Numbered from the stretch's first letter, positions 19,678-28,943 are shown. The stretch: 64,000 nt of DNA from Limisphaerales bacterium (GCA_052325505.1 JBKQUS010000133.1:1807-65806); one strand, 5' to 3'. Numbers and translations: made by a program. The notes: generated by a model not told the origin, from the letters alone.

Positions 19678-21389
19678 TTCCGGTCGTGGTCATATTGGTT
19701 TACCTCGCCGTCATCGCGGTCGTCGGCGGCGTGGCTTGGCGTCGGGGCAGGGAAAACACCGAGGATTTCTTCCTCGCCAGCCGGTCCGTCGGCCCGATTT
19801 TTTTCTTCTTGTCAATCTTTGCCACCAACATGACCGCCTTCGCCATCCTGGGCAGCTCGGGCCAGGCTTACCGGCAGGGCATCGGCATTTACGGCCTGAT
19901 GGCTTCTTCCTCCTGTTTTGTCATTCCCCTGACCCTCTTTTTCATCGGCACGCGCCTTTGGGCCATCGGCAAAAAATTCGGTCACCAGACCCAGGTGGCT
20001 TTCTTCCGCGACCGCTGGGAATGCAACCACATCGGCACCGTGATTTTTGCGTTGAGCGCCGCCATGTTGGTGCCCTACATGATTATCAGCATCATGGGCG
20101 GCGGCACCGTCCTGGCCGATATCTCCGCCTCGCCCGAAACCCATCAACCGCTCATCCCCTATGCCTGGGGGTGCGCCATCGTAGCCGTGGTCGTGACGCT
20201 CAACGTCTTCCTCGGCGGGATGCGCGGCACGGTCTGGGTCAACATTCTGCAAACGACCCTGTTTCTCTGTTTCGGTGCGGTGGCTGTGGCCGTCATCAGC
20301 CACGCCCTGCCCTTGGGCTTTGGCGATTATATGCAAAAATTGGCCGCGGACCCCAAAACGCGCTTTTTAGTCACGCGCGAAAGGATGCCTCCGCAGACTT
20401 TCTGGAGTTACACTTTGATCCCGCTTTCTTCGATCATGTTCCCGCACATGGCGATCATGTGTTTTTCCGCCCGCCGCGTTTCCGCCTTCAAACAAACTGT
20501 GGTCGCCTATCCCATTGCCATCATGGCCATCTGGCTGCCCTGCGTGTTTCTCGGTGTGCTCGGCTTTGCCGCGCTGGGCAAAATTCCCGATCCCGACGGC
20601 GTCCTGCTGCGCATGTTGCAATCGTACGCGCCCGTGTGGCTGGCCGGGATTTTGGGCGCTGGCATCATCTCTGCGGTGATGGGTTCGGATGCCCACCAAG
20701 TGCTGGCCCTGAGCACCATGTTCACCAGGGACGTCTTCGCCCATTATGGCGGGCATGAGAAATTCGGCGAAAGCCGCTCCGTCCATTTTGCGCGCGGCTT
20801 CATCGTGGTGGTCACGGTCATCGCTTGGCTGGTGGCGCTGGCGCTGAAGGAAAAGCAGGGCATTTTCGAAATCGCGATCCGTTACGCTTTTTCAGGATTT
20901 GCCGCGATGGCCCCGGTCATGGTGGCGGCGTTGTTTTGGCGGCGCAGCACCAAATGGGGCGCTTTGGCAGCGACCATTTTTGTCGCGGCCAGCCTCATCG
21001 CCACGGGTTTCCTCCAGGGAAAACCTGTGCCGTCGCCTGCCGCCGCCGCCAAGCTTTCGACAAACACTCTCGCGACCGCCGCGGTCCTAACCAACACAGC
21101 GCCAAATCTTGCCGCGACCAACGCACCACCGTCCAAGCTGGCATCCGCCGCTCCCGCCGCCGCCAAGCCAAAGGAAGACATCATCTGGCAAATCGGCCAG
21201 GGAGCCGATGCAATCAAAGTTCTTTCTCGCGCACCCAACGGCGACGTTCGTTTCCTCAACGGCTACATGACGGTTTTCCCGATGGTCCTGGGTTCGATCC
21301 TCTGCGTCGTTTTCTTCTCCCTCGCCACCCCGCCACCCAGCCGGGAGACCATAGCCAAATATTTTGACACACGAGTTCCTGAGAAATGA
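19674..21389 (+). CDS. Sodium:solute symporter (SSS) family permease
   Basis: 571 aa with about 13 TM helices. The N-terminal FFLASRSVGP motif is typical of SSS carriers. An unusual Ala/Pro-rich loop (aa about 445-500) precedes the last helix. Confidence 0.85.
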   Translation: MIPVVVILVYLAVIAVVGGVAWRRGRENTEDFFLASRSVGPIFFFLSIFATNMTAFAILGSSGQAYRQGIGIYGLMASSSCFVIPLTLFFIGTRLWAIGKKFGHQTQVAFFRDRWECNHIGTVIFALSAAMLVPYMIISIMGGGTVLADISASPETHQPLIPYAWGCAIVAVVVTLNVFLGGMRGTVWVNILQTTLFLCFGAVAVAVISHALPLGFGDYMQKLAADPKTRFLVTRERMPPQTFWSYTLIPLSSIMFPHMAIMCFSARRVSAFKQTVVAYPIAIMAIWLPCVFLGVLGFAALGKIPDPDGVLLRMLQSYAPVWLAGILGAGIISAVMGSDAHQVLALSTMFTRDVFAHYGGHEKFGESRSVHFARGFIVVVTVIAWLVALALKEKQGIFEIAIRYAFSGFAAMAPVMVAALFWRRSTKWGALAATIFVAASLIATGFLQGKPVPSPAAAAKLSTNTLATAAVLTNTAPNLAATNAPPSKLASAAPAAAKPKEDIIWQIGQGADAIKVLSRAPNGDVRFLNGYMTVFPMVLGSILCVVFFSLATPPPSRETIAKYFDTRVPEK

Positions 21390-22453
21390 AGGACACCATC
21401 CAAACTGCGCAGGATCAACTCGACGCCCACGTCCGCGAGATGATGCGCTGGCATTTTTCGCCGGAGACTGGGTCCACCTTCTGGCTGGACTGGGCCAAAA
21501 GGGCTGGCTGGAATCCCGCCACCGAAGTGAAATGCTTCGGCTGCCTGCAACGCTTCCCTCATTTCCAGGACGAGTGGCTGCGCGATTTGCAGCCGGAGGT
21601 CTGGGTCCCGAAACAATTCCAGGGCCGGCCCTTCAACATCTTCGAAACCGGCGGCACCACCGGCATGCCCAAGCAACGTATCGGTTGGGACGACTACAAG
21701 GTGGATTACGAGGAATTCTCCGCCAAACTTTCCGACGCCGACTTCCCGCGCGGCGCCGCCTGGCTTATGGTCGGCCCGACCGGGCCCCGCCGCTTGCGCC
21801 TGGCCATCGAGCACCTCGCCAATTTTCGCGGCAGCTCCTGTTACTTCATTGATCTGGACCCGCGCTGGGTCAAAAAGGTCCTGTCCGCAAAACAATTCGA
21901 CGCGGCCCGCGCCTACATGGACCATGTGGTGGACCAAGCCGTCACGATCCTGAAACACCGCAAAATTGCCGGCCTCTTCACCACGCCCAAACTGCTCGAA
22001 GCCCTGGGCGAGAAAATCCAGCTATGGGACGCCGGCATCCGCGGCGTGTTTTGCGGCGGCACAACTATGGCGCCGCAATACGTCCGTTACATCATCGAAG
22101 AAGTGCTCGAGAACCGCATTGGCTTCTATCCCGCCTACGGCAACACCCTGATGGGCCTGGCCGCCAGCGTTCCGCTCCGCCCCGAAGACCGGTTTTCCGT
22201 GACCTACTTCGCGCCCCAGCCCCGCGCTGTCCTGCGCGTCGTCGATCCCAACAAGACCGATCAACTTGTTGACTACGGAAAATGGGGCCGCGTCGAGTTG
22301 ACCACGTTGACCAGGGAATTCTTCATGCCGCGATTTCTGGAACGGGACGAAGCCATCCGCCGCGAGCCGCGCCCGCCCTATGCCTGGGACGGTGTCGCAG
22401 AAGTGCGCCCCTTCGGCGCGATGGAAAAAACCATCGTCGAAGGAGTTTATTGA
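21386..22453 (+). CDS. Adenylate-forming (PaaK/ANL-like) enzyme, putative
   Basis: 355 aa. FETGGTTGMPKQR resembles the (S/T)GTTGxPK AMP-binding P-loop of PaaK/F390-synthetase-like ligases. It is translationally coupled (ATGA) to the symporter. Confidence 0.5.
   Translation: MKDTIQTAQDQLDAHVREMMRWHFSPETGSTFWLDWAKRAGWNPATEVKCFGCLQRFPHFQDEWLRDLQPEVWVPKQFQGRPFNIFETGGTTGMPKQRIGWDDYKVDYEEFSAKLSDADFPRGAAWLMVGPTGPRRLRLAIEHLANFRGSSCYFIDLDPRWVKKVLSAKQFDAARAYMDHVVDQAVTILKHRKIAGLFTTPKLLEALGEKIQLWDAGIRGVFCGGTTMAPQYVRYIIEEVLENRIGFYPAYGNTLMGLAASVPLRPEDRFSVTYFAPQPRAVLRVVDPNKTDQLVDYGKWGRVELTTLTREFFMPRFLERDEAIRREPRPPYAWDGVAEVRPFGAMEKTIVEGVY
22309..22453 (+). repeat. Copy 1 of a 145-bp direct repeat (functional 3' end of the ligase-like gene)
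   Basis: My hand alignment to 28944..29088 gives about 125 of 145 identical positions, including the stop codon position. Confidence 0.85.
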
Positions 22454-22534
22454 CTGGGGGTCTCGTTCACATCGGTGTACCTCCCGCCAATCGTGCATAT
22501 TCCAGTAATAATGATAATTAGCAAATTAAATACA

Positions 22535-22556
22535 AAATTTGTCGCTTGACAAATTT
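22535..22556. promoter_or_regulatory. Inverted repeat containing a TTGACA box at the AT-rich left edge of the island
   Basis: The sequence is AAATTTGTC-GCTT-GACAAATTT, with 9-bp arms. It lies about 170 nt upstream of the Kelch gene start. A second 9-bp-arm hairpin (gtttgaatc...gattcaaac) follows at about 22572..22598. Confidence 0.3.
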
Positions 22557-22724
22557 CTAACTTAGTGTTGGAGTTTGAATCGCTGTGAAGGATTCAAACA
22601 CAACGAGTCGTAGCAGTGCAATCCGGGCTTCAAACGATGGGGTTCGAGTTTCAAAACCCCTTCTCAACGGCAGTGGCCGCATTTGTCCCCCTCCCCGCAA
22701 AACTGCAAACCAAAAGGTGATTCA

Positions 22725-25700
22725 ATGAAAACTCGTCCAGGAAATGTTGTTCAATTCGCACTGGCGCTGTCCGCGCTGGCAATCAACTCATGTGTCATTC
22801 AGTCGGTGCATGCCGTCAATTTCACCGGCACCGGCTCGGTGAGCTCCGCGCGCTGGGGTCAAACCGTCACCTTGCTCAACAACGGGAAGGTGCTGGTCGT
22901 GGGAGGTTCCGGCAGCAGCGGCGTTCTTTGCGAAGCGGAGCTTTACGATCCGGCCACTGGAACATGGACACCCACCAGTTCGCCGAACGCAGCGCGCATG
23001 AATCACACGGCGACCTTGCTCCCCAACGGGAAGGTAATGGTTGCCGGGGGCACAGATGGCAGCAGCGTTCTTTCCAGCACGGAACTGTATGATCCAACCG
23101 ATGGTTCGTGGACGACGGTCGACGGTCTGAACACCGCGCGCTGTTATCACACGGCAACCTTGCTGGGCAATGGCGAGGTGCTGGTCACGGGAGGCGAGGA
23201 CATCAGCGGAAACTCCAGCACCAAGTGCGAGTTGTACGATCCAGCCACCGGGTATTGGACGGTGTCGAAGGGCAATCATCTGCTCAGCGCGCGCTATATG
23301 CACACGGCGACGTTACTGCCCGATGGAAGGGTGCTGGTCGCGGGAGGCTTTAGCACACCCAACACGATACTTTCCAGTGCCGAGCTTTACACTCCGGGCG
23401 GCAGTGGTTTGTTATGGTTGCCGGCCAGCGACATGGGCGCCGCACGCGATGGTCACACGGCAACGTTGTTGCCCAATGGGACCGTGCTGGTTGCAGGGGG
23501 CCTTGGCCCCGGCGTTCTTAATAGTTCGGAGTATTACACTCCGGACAGTGGAGAGGGAACGTGGACGGTGACCGGCTCGTTGAACCAAGGACGTTGTGCC
23601 AGCACGGCGGCATTGCTGCCCAACGGGACTGTGCTGGTGACGGGAGGGTCGATCTACGAGGGGGTTCTCGAAGAAAGTCTTTCCAGCGCTGAACTATACG
23701 ATCCGAACAACAACGGTGGCACATGGACGACAACCGGCTCGCTCAACAACTCACGCTCCCATCACACGGCGACCTTGCTGGCAAACGGACAGATGCTGGT
23801 CGTGGGGGGCTACGAACCCACCCTTTTCGGCGGCCCCGTCCCTCTGTCCAGCACGGAACTGTATGATCCGTCCGAACCGATGTGGTGGACGACCGGTGTT
23901 GGTGCGCTAAACCAAATGCGCGCCAGCCAGACGGCGACGTTGCTGCCCATTGGGATGGTGCTGGTCGCCGGGGGCCTTGGCCCCACCGGCTGGCTGCCCA
24001 ACGCGGAGTCATATAATCCGGCCACGTGGACTTGGACAGTGACCGGCTCGCTGCACACCGCACGCTCCGGTCACACGGCGACCTTGCTGGCAAACGGAAA
24101 GGTGCTGGTGGTGGGAGGCATGAACAGCAGCGGCTATCTGCCAACCCATTATGGCGTGGAGCAGTACAATACGGACGACGGGACATGGGCGGTGCCACCC
24201 GCCAGTTGCAATCTCTGCCACCCCGCATCCGCACCGTTCCCGGCAGCTTTGGACAGCCGCCCGACAGGCCACCTGCATGTTGAACGCTCTCAGCACACAG
24301 CGACGCTGCTGAGCAATGGGAAGGTGCTGGTCGCCGGAGGTCAAACCGGCAGCAGCCTTGCCAATGCCACAGAGCTGTACGATCCGGCCACGGGGTTTTG
24401 GTCGCTATGGCCGCTGACAGCCAGAAGTTGCACCACCTGCCACACCGCCCCGCCTTCGGATGCCAGTGACAAACCGGCAGGCCACCTGCACACCCCTCGC
24501 TATGGTCACACGGCCACATTGATGCCCGACGGAACGGTGCTGGTCACGGGTGGCAAAAACGCCAACGGCTACTTAATGAATACTGAACCCGATGCAGGCC
24601 CCGGTTCAGGGCCCGGCATAGGCTTGGAGGTTAGCGTGGAGCAGTACGATCCCGTTACCGGGACGTGGGCGCCACCCAAGGACTGCGAAGACTGTCACAG
24701 GAATGGTTTGGTACCAGGACATTATGGCCACCTCGGCACCAGCGGTCGCAGTGATCACACGGCAACGTTGCTGCCCAATGGCGAAGTGCTCGCCGCGGGG
24801 GGCGAGGAGAACGGCATCGCTTCGTCCAGCTCAATGTTGTACTTCCCAGCCTTGCGGGAGTGGAGGAACACAACCAATATGGCCACCGGTGACATTACCT
24901 ATATGGTCACCGCACGTTATGATCACAAGGCGACCTTGCTGGCCAATGGGAAGGTTCTGGTGACGGGAGGGTATGATTCCAACGGCGACCCTGTCAACAA
25001 CGCGGAATTGTTCGACCCGGCCAGCGGGACGTGGACGGCCACCAGTCCGCTGACCACCGCACGCGGGGATCACACGGCGACGTTGCTGCCCAACGGGAAT
25101 GTGCTGGCCGCAGGTGGATTTGACAGCCTCGGCGATCCTCTTTCCAGTGCGGAAGTTTATAACGTTGGATTGGGTTTCTCAAACGTCTGGCAACCGCAGC
25201 TCGACCCGTTTGCCTCGGAACTCGCTTTGGGCGGCAACTTGACGATCAGCGGCTCCGGCTTTCGGGGCATCTCCGAAGGTTCGTGCGGCAACTCTCAGGC
25301 CTCGCCGGGGGATGTCCCGGTGGTGCAACTCCTCAGTCTGGCCAACGAGCAGACTTTGTTCCTGCTGCCCGATCCGGACACCGCCTGGTCGGACACGTCT
25401 TTCACTTCCGGGATCGTGACTGGATTCCCGCCCGGCTACGCGCTCGTGACGGTGTTCGTCAATGGCATTCCCAGCGTGCCCGCCTCGGACCCGCTGTTGC
25501 CCCTCATCGACATCCCAGGCAAGGGGAACATTCTCGACGTCAGTGTTCCGGTTCCGACCGCATCCACTCTGACGAATCTCACAACACTCGGCGACGGTTC
25601 GTACCAATTCGCCTTCACCAACACTGTTGGAGCGTTGTTCGGCGTGCTGGCCACCACGAATCTGGCGCTGCCGATGACCAACTGGACAGTCCTGGGCGGC

Positions 25701-25790
25701 GTCGCGGAAGTCTCGCTGGGCCAGTTCCAGTTCATTGATGCGCAAGCGGCGCTTTACCCGCAGCGATTTTACTGCGTGTACTCGCCGTAA
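22725..25790 (+). CDS. Secreted multi-blade Kelch-repeat protein with three CxxCH-containing blades and a C-terminal W...FY module
   Basis: The ATG at 22725 is preceded by aaggtga and gives signal peptide MKTRPGNVVQFALALSALAINSCVIQSVHA. There are about 17 repeats of the HTATLLPNGKVLVAGG + ELYDP..G.W type. The track start at 22683 is a TTG. Confidence 0.85.
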   Translation: MKTRPGNVVQFALALSALAINSCVIQSVHAVNFTGTGSVSSARWGQTVTLLNNGKVLVVGGSGSSGVLCEAELYDPATGTWTPTSSPNAARMNHTATLLPNGKVMVAGGTDGSSVLSSTELYDPTDGSWTTVDGLNTARCYHTATLLGNGEVLVTGGEDISGNSSTKCELYDPATGYWTVSKGNHLLSARYMHTATLLPDGRVLVAGGFSTPNTILSSAELYTPGGSGLLWLPASDMGAARDGHTATLLPNGTVLVAGGLGPGVLNSSEYYTPDSGEGTWTVTGSLNQGRCASTAALLPNGTVLVTGGSIYEGVLEESLSSAELYDPNNNGGTWTTTGSLNNSRSHHTATLLANGQMLVVGGYEPTLFGGPVPLSSTELYDPSEPMWWTTGVGALNQMRASQTATLLPIGMVLVAGGLGPTGWLPNAESYNPATWTWTVTGSLHTARSGHTATLLANGKVLVVGGMNSSGYLPTHYGVEQYNTDDGTWAVPPASCNLCHPASAPFPAALDSRPTGHLHVERSQHTATLLSNGKVLVAGGQTGSSLANATELYDPATGFWSLWPLTARSCTTCHTAPPSDASDKPAGHLHTPRYGHTATLMPDGTVLVTGGKNANGYLMNTEPDAGPGSGPGIGLEVSVEQYDPVTGTWAPPKDCEDCHRNGLVPGHYGHLGTSGRSDHTATLLPNGEVLAAGGEENGIASSSSMLYFPALREWRNTTNMATGDITYMVTARYDHKATLLANGKVLVTGGYDSNGDPVNNAELFDPASGTWTATSPLTTARGDHTATLLPNGNVLAAGGFDSLGDPLSSAEVYNVGLGFSNVWQPQLDPFASELALGGNLTISGSGFRGISEGSCGNSQASPGDVPVVQLLSLANEQTLFLLPDPDTAWSDTSFTSGIVTGFPPGYALVTVFVNGIPSVPASDPLLPLIDIPGKGNILDVSVPVPTASTLTNLTTLGDGSYQFAFTNTVGALFGVLATTNLALPMTNWTVLGGVAEVSLGQFQFIDAQAALYPQRFYCVYSP

Positions 25791-25894
25791 TCGCAGGCAG
25801 TTTTCCGGTTGAATCAATTCCTCACCCGGATGCATGGACAAATTGATTGGTCGAACAGGAAAGCAATGACAACGAACAAAATCTAAAATGTCTT

Positions 25895-26989
25895 ATGAAA
25901 ACACAATTCCTCCATCTATTCATGTTGCTGGCGGTGTTTGCCGGCATTCATCCCGCTCTGGCGCAAACAACCAATTTGAATATTGCGGCGGCGGGCAACC
26001 AAGTCGTTCTATTCTGGTCGGTCACGGACACGAATTACGTTCTGCTGAGCACCACCAATCTTGACTCCACAAACTGGGTGCCGGTCTGTAATGCCGTCCC
26101 GGTCACCGCCGTCACCGTCACCAACCTCCCAGCCACAATCTTTTTCCGTTTGGTCGCCACTACGGCCGGCATGGCGTTCGTTTGCGGGGGGCAGTTCACG
26201 ATGGGGGACACTTTGGATGGCGAGATGGATGCCATCCCCATCAGCGTAACGGTGACGGGATTCTACATGGAAACGAACCTGGTGAGCTACAGTCTGTGGC
26301 AGTCGGTCTATAATTGGGCCACGAACAACGGATATGGCTTCGACACCGCCGGTATGGGCAAGGCGTCGAACCATCCCGTGCAGTACGTGGATTGGTATGA
26401 CGCGGTGAAGTGGTGCAATGCGCGGTCGCAGCTCGCGGGTTTGACTCCGGTATATTACACGGACGCTGGTTTGACGCAGGTTTATGAGGGTTTTGCGGAC
26501 GTGGATGCTGTTTATGCCAACTGGTCGGCCAATGGCTACCGATTGCCGACGGAAGCGGAGTGGGAGAAGGCGGCTCGCGGCGGGCTGGACGGGAAACGGT
26601 TTCCGTGGGGCAATACCATCTCTGAAAGCCAGGCCAACTACTACGGAGACACCACCCTTGGCTACGATTTTGGACCGAACAGCTACAACGCAGCTTTTAC
26701 AAACGGAGCGATGCCTTATACGAGCCCGGTGGGGTCATTCGCACCAAACGGATATGGACTTTACGACATGGCTGGAAATGTACTGGAGTGGTGTTGGGAT
26801 TGGGATGGCACGCCTTACGGCCAGCCATCCACCAGTAATCCGACAGGACCGGCAACTGGAGACAACCGAGTGTTGCGCGGCGGCTCTTGGATGCACCGTG
26901 CCAACCTCGCGACGTGCGCCTATCGCTGGAGCTACAATCCGTATAATTGGGACGATTATGCCGGATTTCGTTGTGTGAGGACATATTAG
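25895..26989 (+). CDS. Formylglycine-generating-enzyme (SUMF1/FGE-sulfatase) domain protein, secreted
   Basis: The ATG at 25895 gives signal peptide MKTQFLHLFMLLAVFAGIHPALA. An N-terminal W...FFRL module is followed by FGE-domain motifs: GGQFTMGD, NHPVQYVDWYDAVKWCNA, GYRLPTEAEWEKAARGG, YDMAGNVLEWCWDW and RVLRGGSW. Confidence 0.85.
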   Translation: MKTQFLHLFMLLAVFAGIHPALAQTTNLNIAAAGNQVVLFWSVTDTNYVLLSTTNLDSTNWVPVCNAVPVTAVTVTNLPATIFFRLVATTAGMAFVCGGQFTMGDTLDGEMDAIPISVTVTGFYMETNLVSYSLWQSVYNWATNNGYGFDTAGMGKASNHPVQYVDWYDAVKWCNARSQLAGLTPVYYTDAGLTQVYEGFADVDAVYANWSANGYRLPTEAEWEKAARGGLDGKRFPWGNTISESQANYYGDTTLGYDFGPNSYNAAFTNGAMPYTSPVGSFAPNGYGLYDMAGNVLEWCWDWDGTPYGQPSTSNPTGPATGDNRVLRGGSWMHRANLATCAYRWSYNPYNWDDYAGFRCVRTY

Positions 26990-27081
26990 TTTTGTTCGTT
27001 TGCCCGGTAACCCCTTTGAACTTGTGGGCTTAACCGCCACTGCAATGCGTCTTCCACGCCACTTCGGACGGCTCGCTTCCA

Positions 27082-28801
27082 TCACGGGTTTGTCTGCATC
27101 AAGCGGTAGAAACGGCTTGAATTGGTGAGAGGCACCGGGTCGCTCCATATTTGGGTTGAGTTCGTCAAGGTCACGCTGCCCGCGGTCTGCCACTGGTTGC
27201 TGGTGTTCAGGCCTGAAACACTTTGAATCTGGTAGGTCCATCCCATCGAGCCGTAAATGGTGAACGAGACAGTCTGGCCGGAAAGGACGGGCGACTGGAT
27301 CTGGGGGGGGCGTTGTCTGCACCAAGCGGTAGAAGCGGCTTGAATTGGTGAACGGCACCGGGTCGGTCCATACCTGAGTCGAATTCGTCAAGGTCACGCA
27401 GTCCACTGTTTGCCAGTGGTTGCTGGTATTCAGGCTCGAGACACTTTGGATCTGGCACGAGTATCCGATCGAGCAGCAAATCGTGAACGAGACAGTCCGG
27501 CTGGAAAGGACGGGCCATTTGATCTGGGGGGGTGGATTGAGTCCGCTGAGGAAGAATGTGTTCGGCACTGGATTGAAATTATAGTTGTAGTCCATGCTGG
27601 TGGTGCCGCCCGTGACAAACAATCGGCCGTCCCTCAAGAGCGTCGTGGCCACGCTGCCGGGATAGTAGTTGGATATCGTCAACGGATCGGAAAGGGCGAG
27701 CGTCTCGCCGGTGGCCAGGTCCGCCTGATACACCCGGAAAGTGGCGTCGGCGCCTCCATCCGGGCTTGCCCCGGCCAGCATCAACACGCGGTTGTTGGCC
27801 GCATCCACCACGGGTGGCCAAACCGCCAGATTGTTCCAAAACACCGGCGTCAAGGCCAGCTTCGAGAATTGCTTGCTCGCCGGGTCGAAAAACGCCAGCG
27901 CGTACTCAGTGTTCGTGTTGACCGTTTCCCACATAAGGAACACGTAGCGGCCGTCGCTGGTTTTGAACCGTCCGACGTCCTCGCCATACTCCACGCCTCC
28001 GTAAACCCAGTTCGGCTCCCCGGCAATCGCGCACGCCGCCAGGACTGTGAAGGTGTTGCTGCCCGGATCGTAAAGCTCGATGGACGGGATGTTGGAGCTG
28101 CCGTAAATGTCCGTGCCGCCCACCACCACGGCTTTGCCATCCGACGTCGGGAATACCAAAGGCAACGACCGCGGGCTGTTCAGCGCGCCGGTTGCGGCAA
28201 AGGCTTTGTTGGACGGGGTGTAAATCTCGCCGTACGTGCCACTGCTGTAATCATACCATCCGCCGACGATCAGCACACTGCCTCCGGTCAACTGCGCGCC
28301 CTTGCAGCGCATCCGGGGAAGGTTCATCGTGGTGCCGGTGGACGCGACAGTTGCGCTCGTCGGACTCAACAGTTGCGCGGAAGCATAACCGGGCGCAACT
28401 CCCCAATCGGCGGCCCCTCCCGCCATCAAGTAAGTGCCGTCGGCCAGGGGGATCAGCGCGCCCATGTCATAGACAAAGGGCAGGCTCTGATTGACACAAC
28501 TGTTGTTCGCCAGCGTCCACAGATCCATGGAGTTGAGCGCGGAAAACCCCGTCCCGTGCCCGCCAAGCAGCGCCACTCTGCTATCCGGCAACTGGACAAT
28601 GTAGTGCCCCATGCGGGCCACGCTCATCACCGGCCCTGGCTCAAGGATGGCCCCGTTCCCGATAGCGCTACCGGCGACACCCAGCCAGCATGCCGCCGCC
28701 AGAATCAGGCCCAGCCGTCTTCGGCGACGACCCGGGGCCAATCGAATGTCTGCTGCGTGGGGTTCAACCTCAAGTTGTTGAATAAAGGGCTTGGTAGTCA
28801 T
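27082..28801 (-). pseudogene. Kelch-like beta-propeller secreted protein; frame broken at a C8 (plus-strand G8) tract between two tandem C-terminal modules
   Basis: The as-assembled ORF is 26735..28801. After the first FYRLVQ module the translation becomes low-complexity and overlaps the convergent FGE gene by 255 nt. Removing one C from the tract at 27303..27310 gives a second in-frame module (...SSRFYRLMQTNP) and a TGA at 27082..27084. The N-terminus has RRRRRLGLILAAACWLGVAGSA. Confidence 0.7.
27088..27532 (-). repeat. Tandem duplication of a 215-nt coding unit, each copy preceded on the coding strand by a poly-C tract (C7, then C8)
   Basis: Copy A is 27311..27525 and is preceded by the C7 tract at 27526..27532. 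Copy B is 27088..27302 and is preceded by the C8 tract at 27303..27310. The copies are roughly 80 percent identical by eye. A C7-plus-unit length of 222 nt is in frame; with C8 it is 223 nt. Confidence 0.85.
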
Positions 28802-28943
28802 GCATAGAGAATATCAAACGCCACTTCATTGTCAATCAGAAATGGTAATTATCACAAACTTTAAGATGAGATTTGCTTCTCTATGATTTTACGTAAGTGC
28901 TTGCAAATCAACGCTGCAAAGGTGGCAATACAGTTCAACACCC

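Noticed and set aside
19637-20758. 373-aa plus-strand ORF in an alternative frame of the symporter gene
   Set aside because: Its product is Arg/His/Pro-rich and has no TM helices. The overlapping frame (19674..21389) encodes a canonical SSS permease.
22600-22680. Possible tRNA suggested by ggggttcgagtttcaaaacccc
   Set aside because: I could not fold an acceptor stem or an anticodon arm around it. It lacks the GTTCGAATC-type T-loop context. I also found no other tRNA-like or rRNA-like segments by eye in the intergenic regions.
26735-27081. C-terminal 117 codons of ORF 26735..28801, which overlap the FGE gene
   Set aside because: This is out-of-frame read-through caused by the C8 tract. The same DNA in the adjacent frame encodes a second copy of the C-terminal module with its own stop at 27082..27084.
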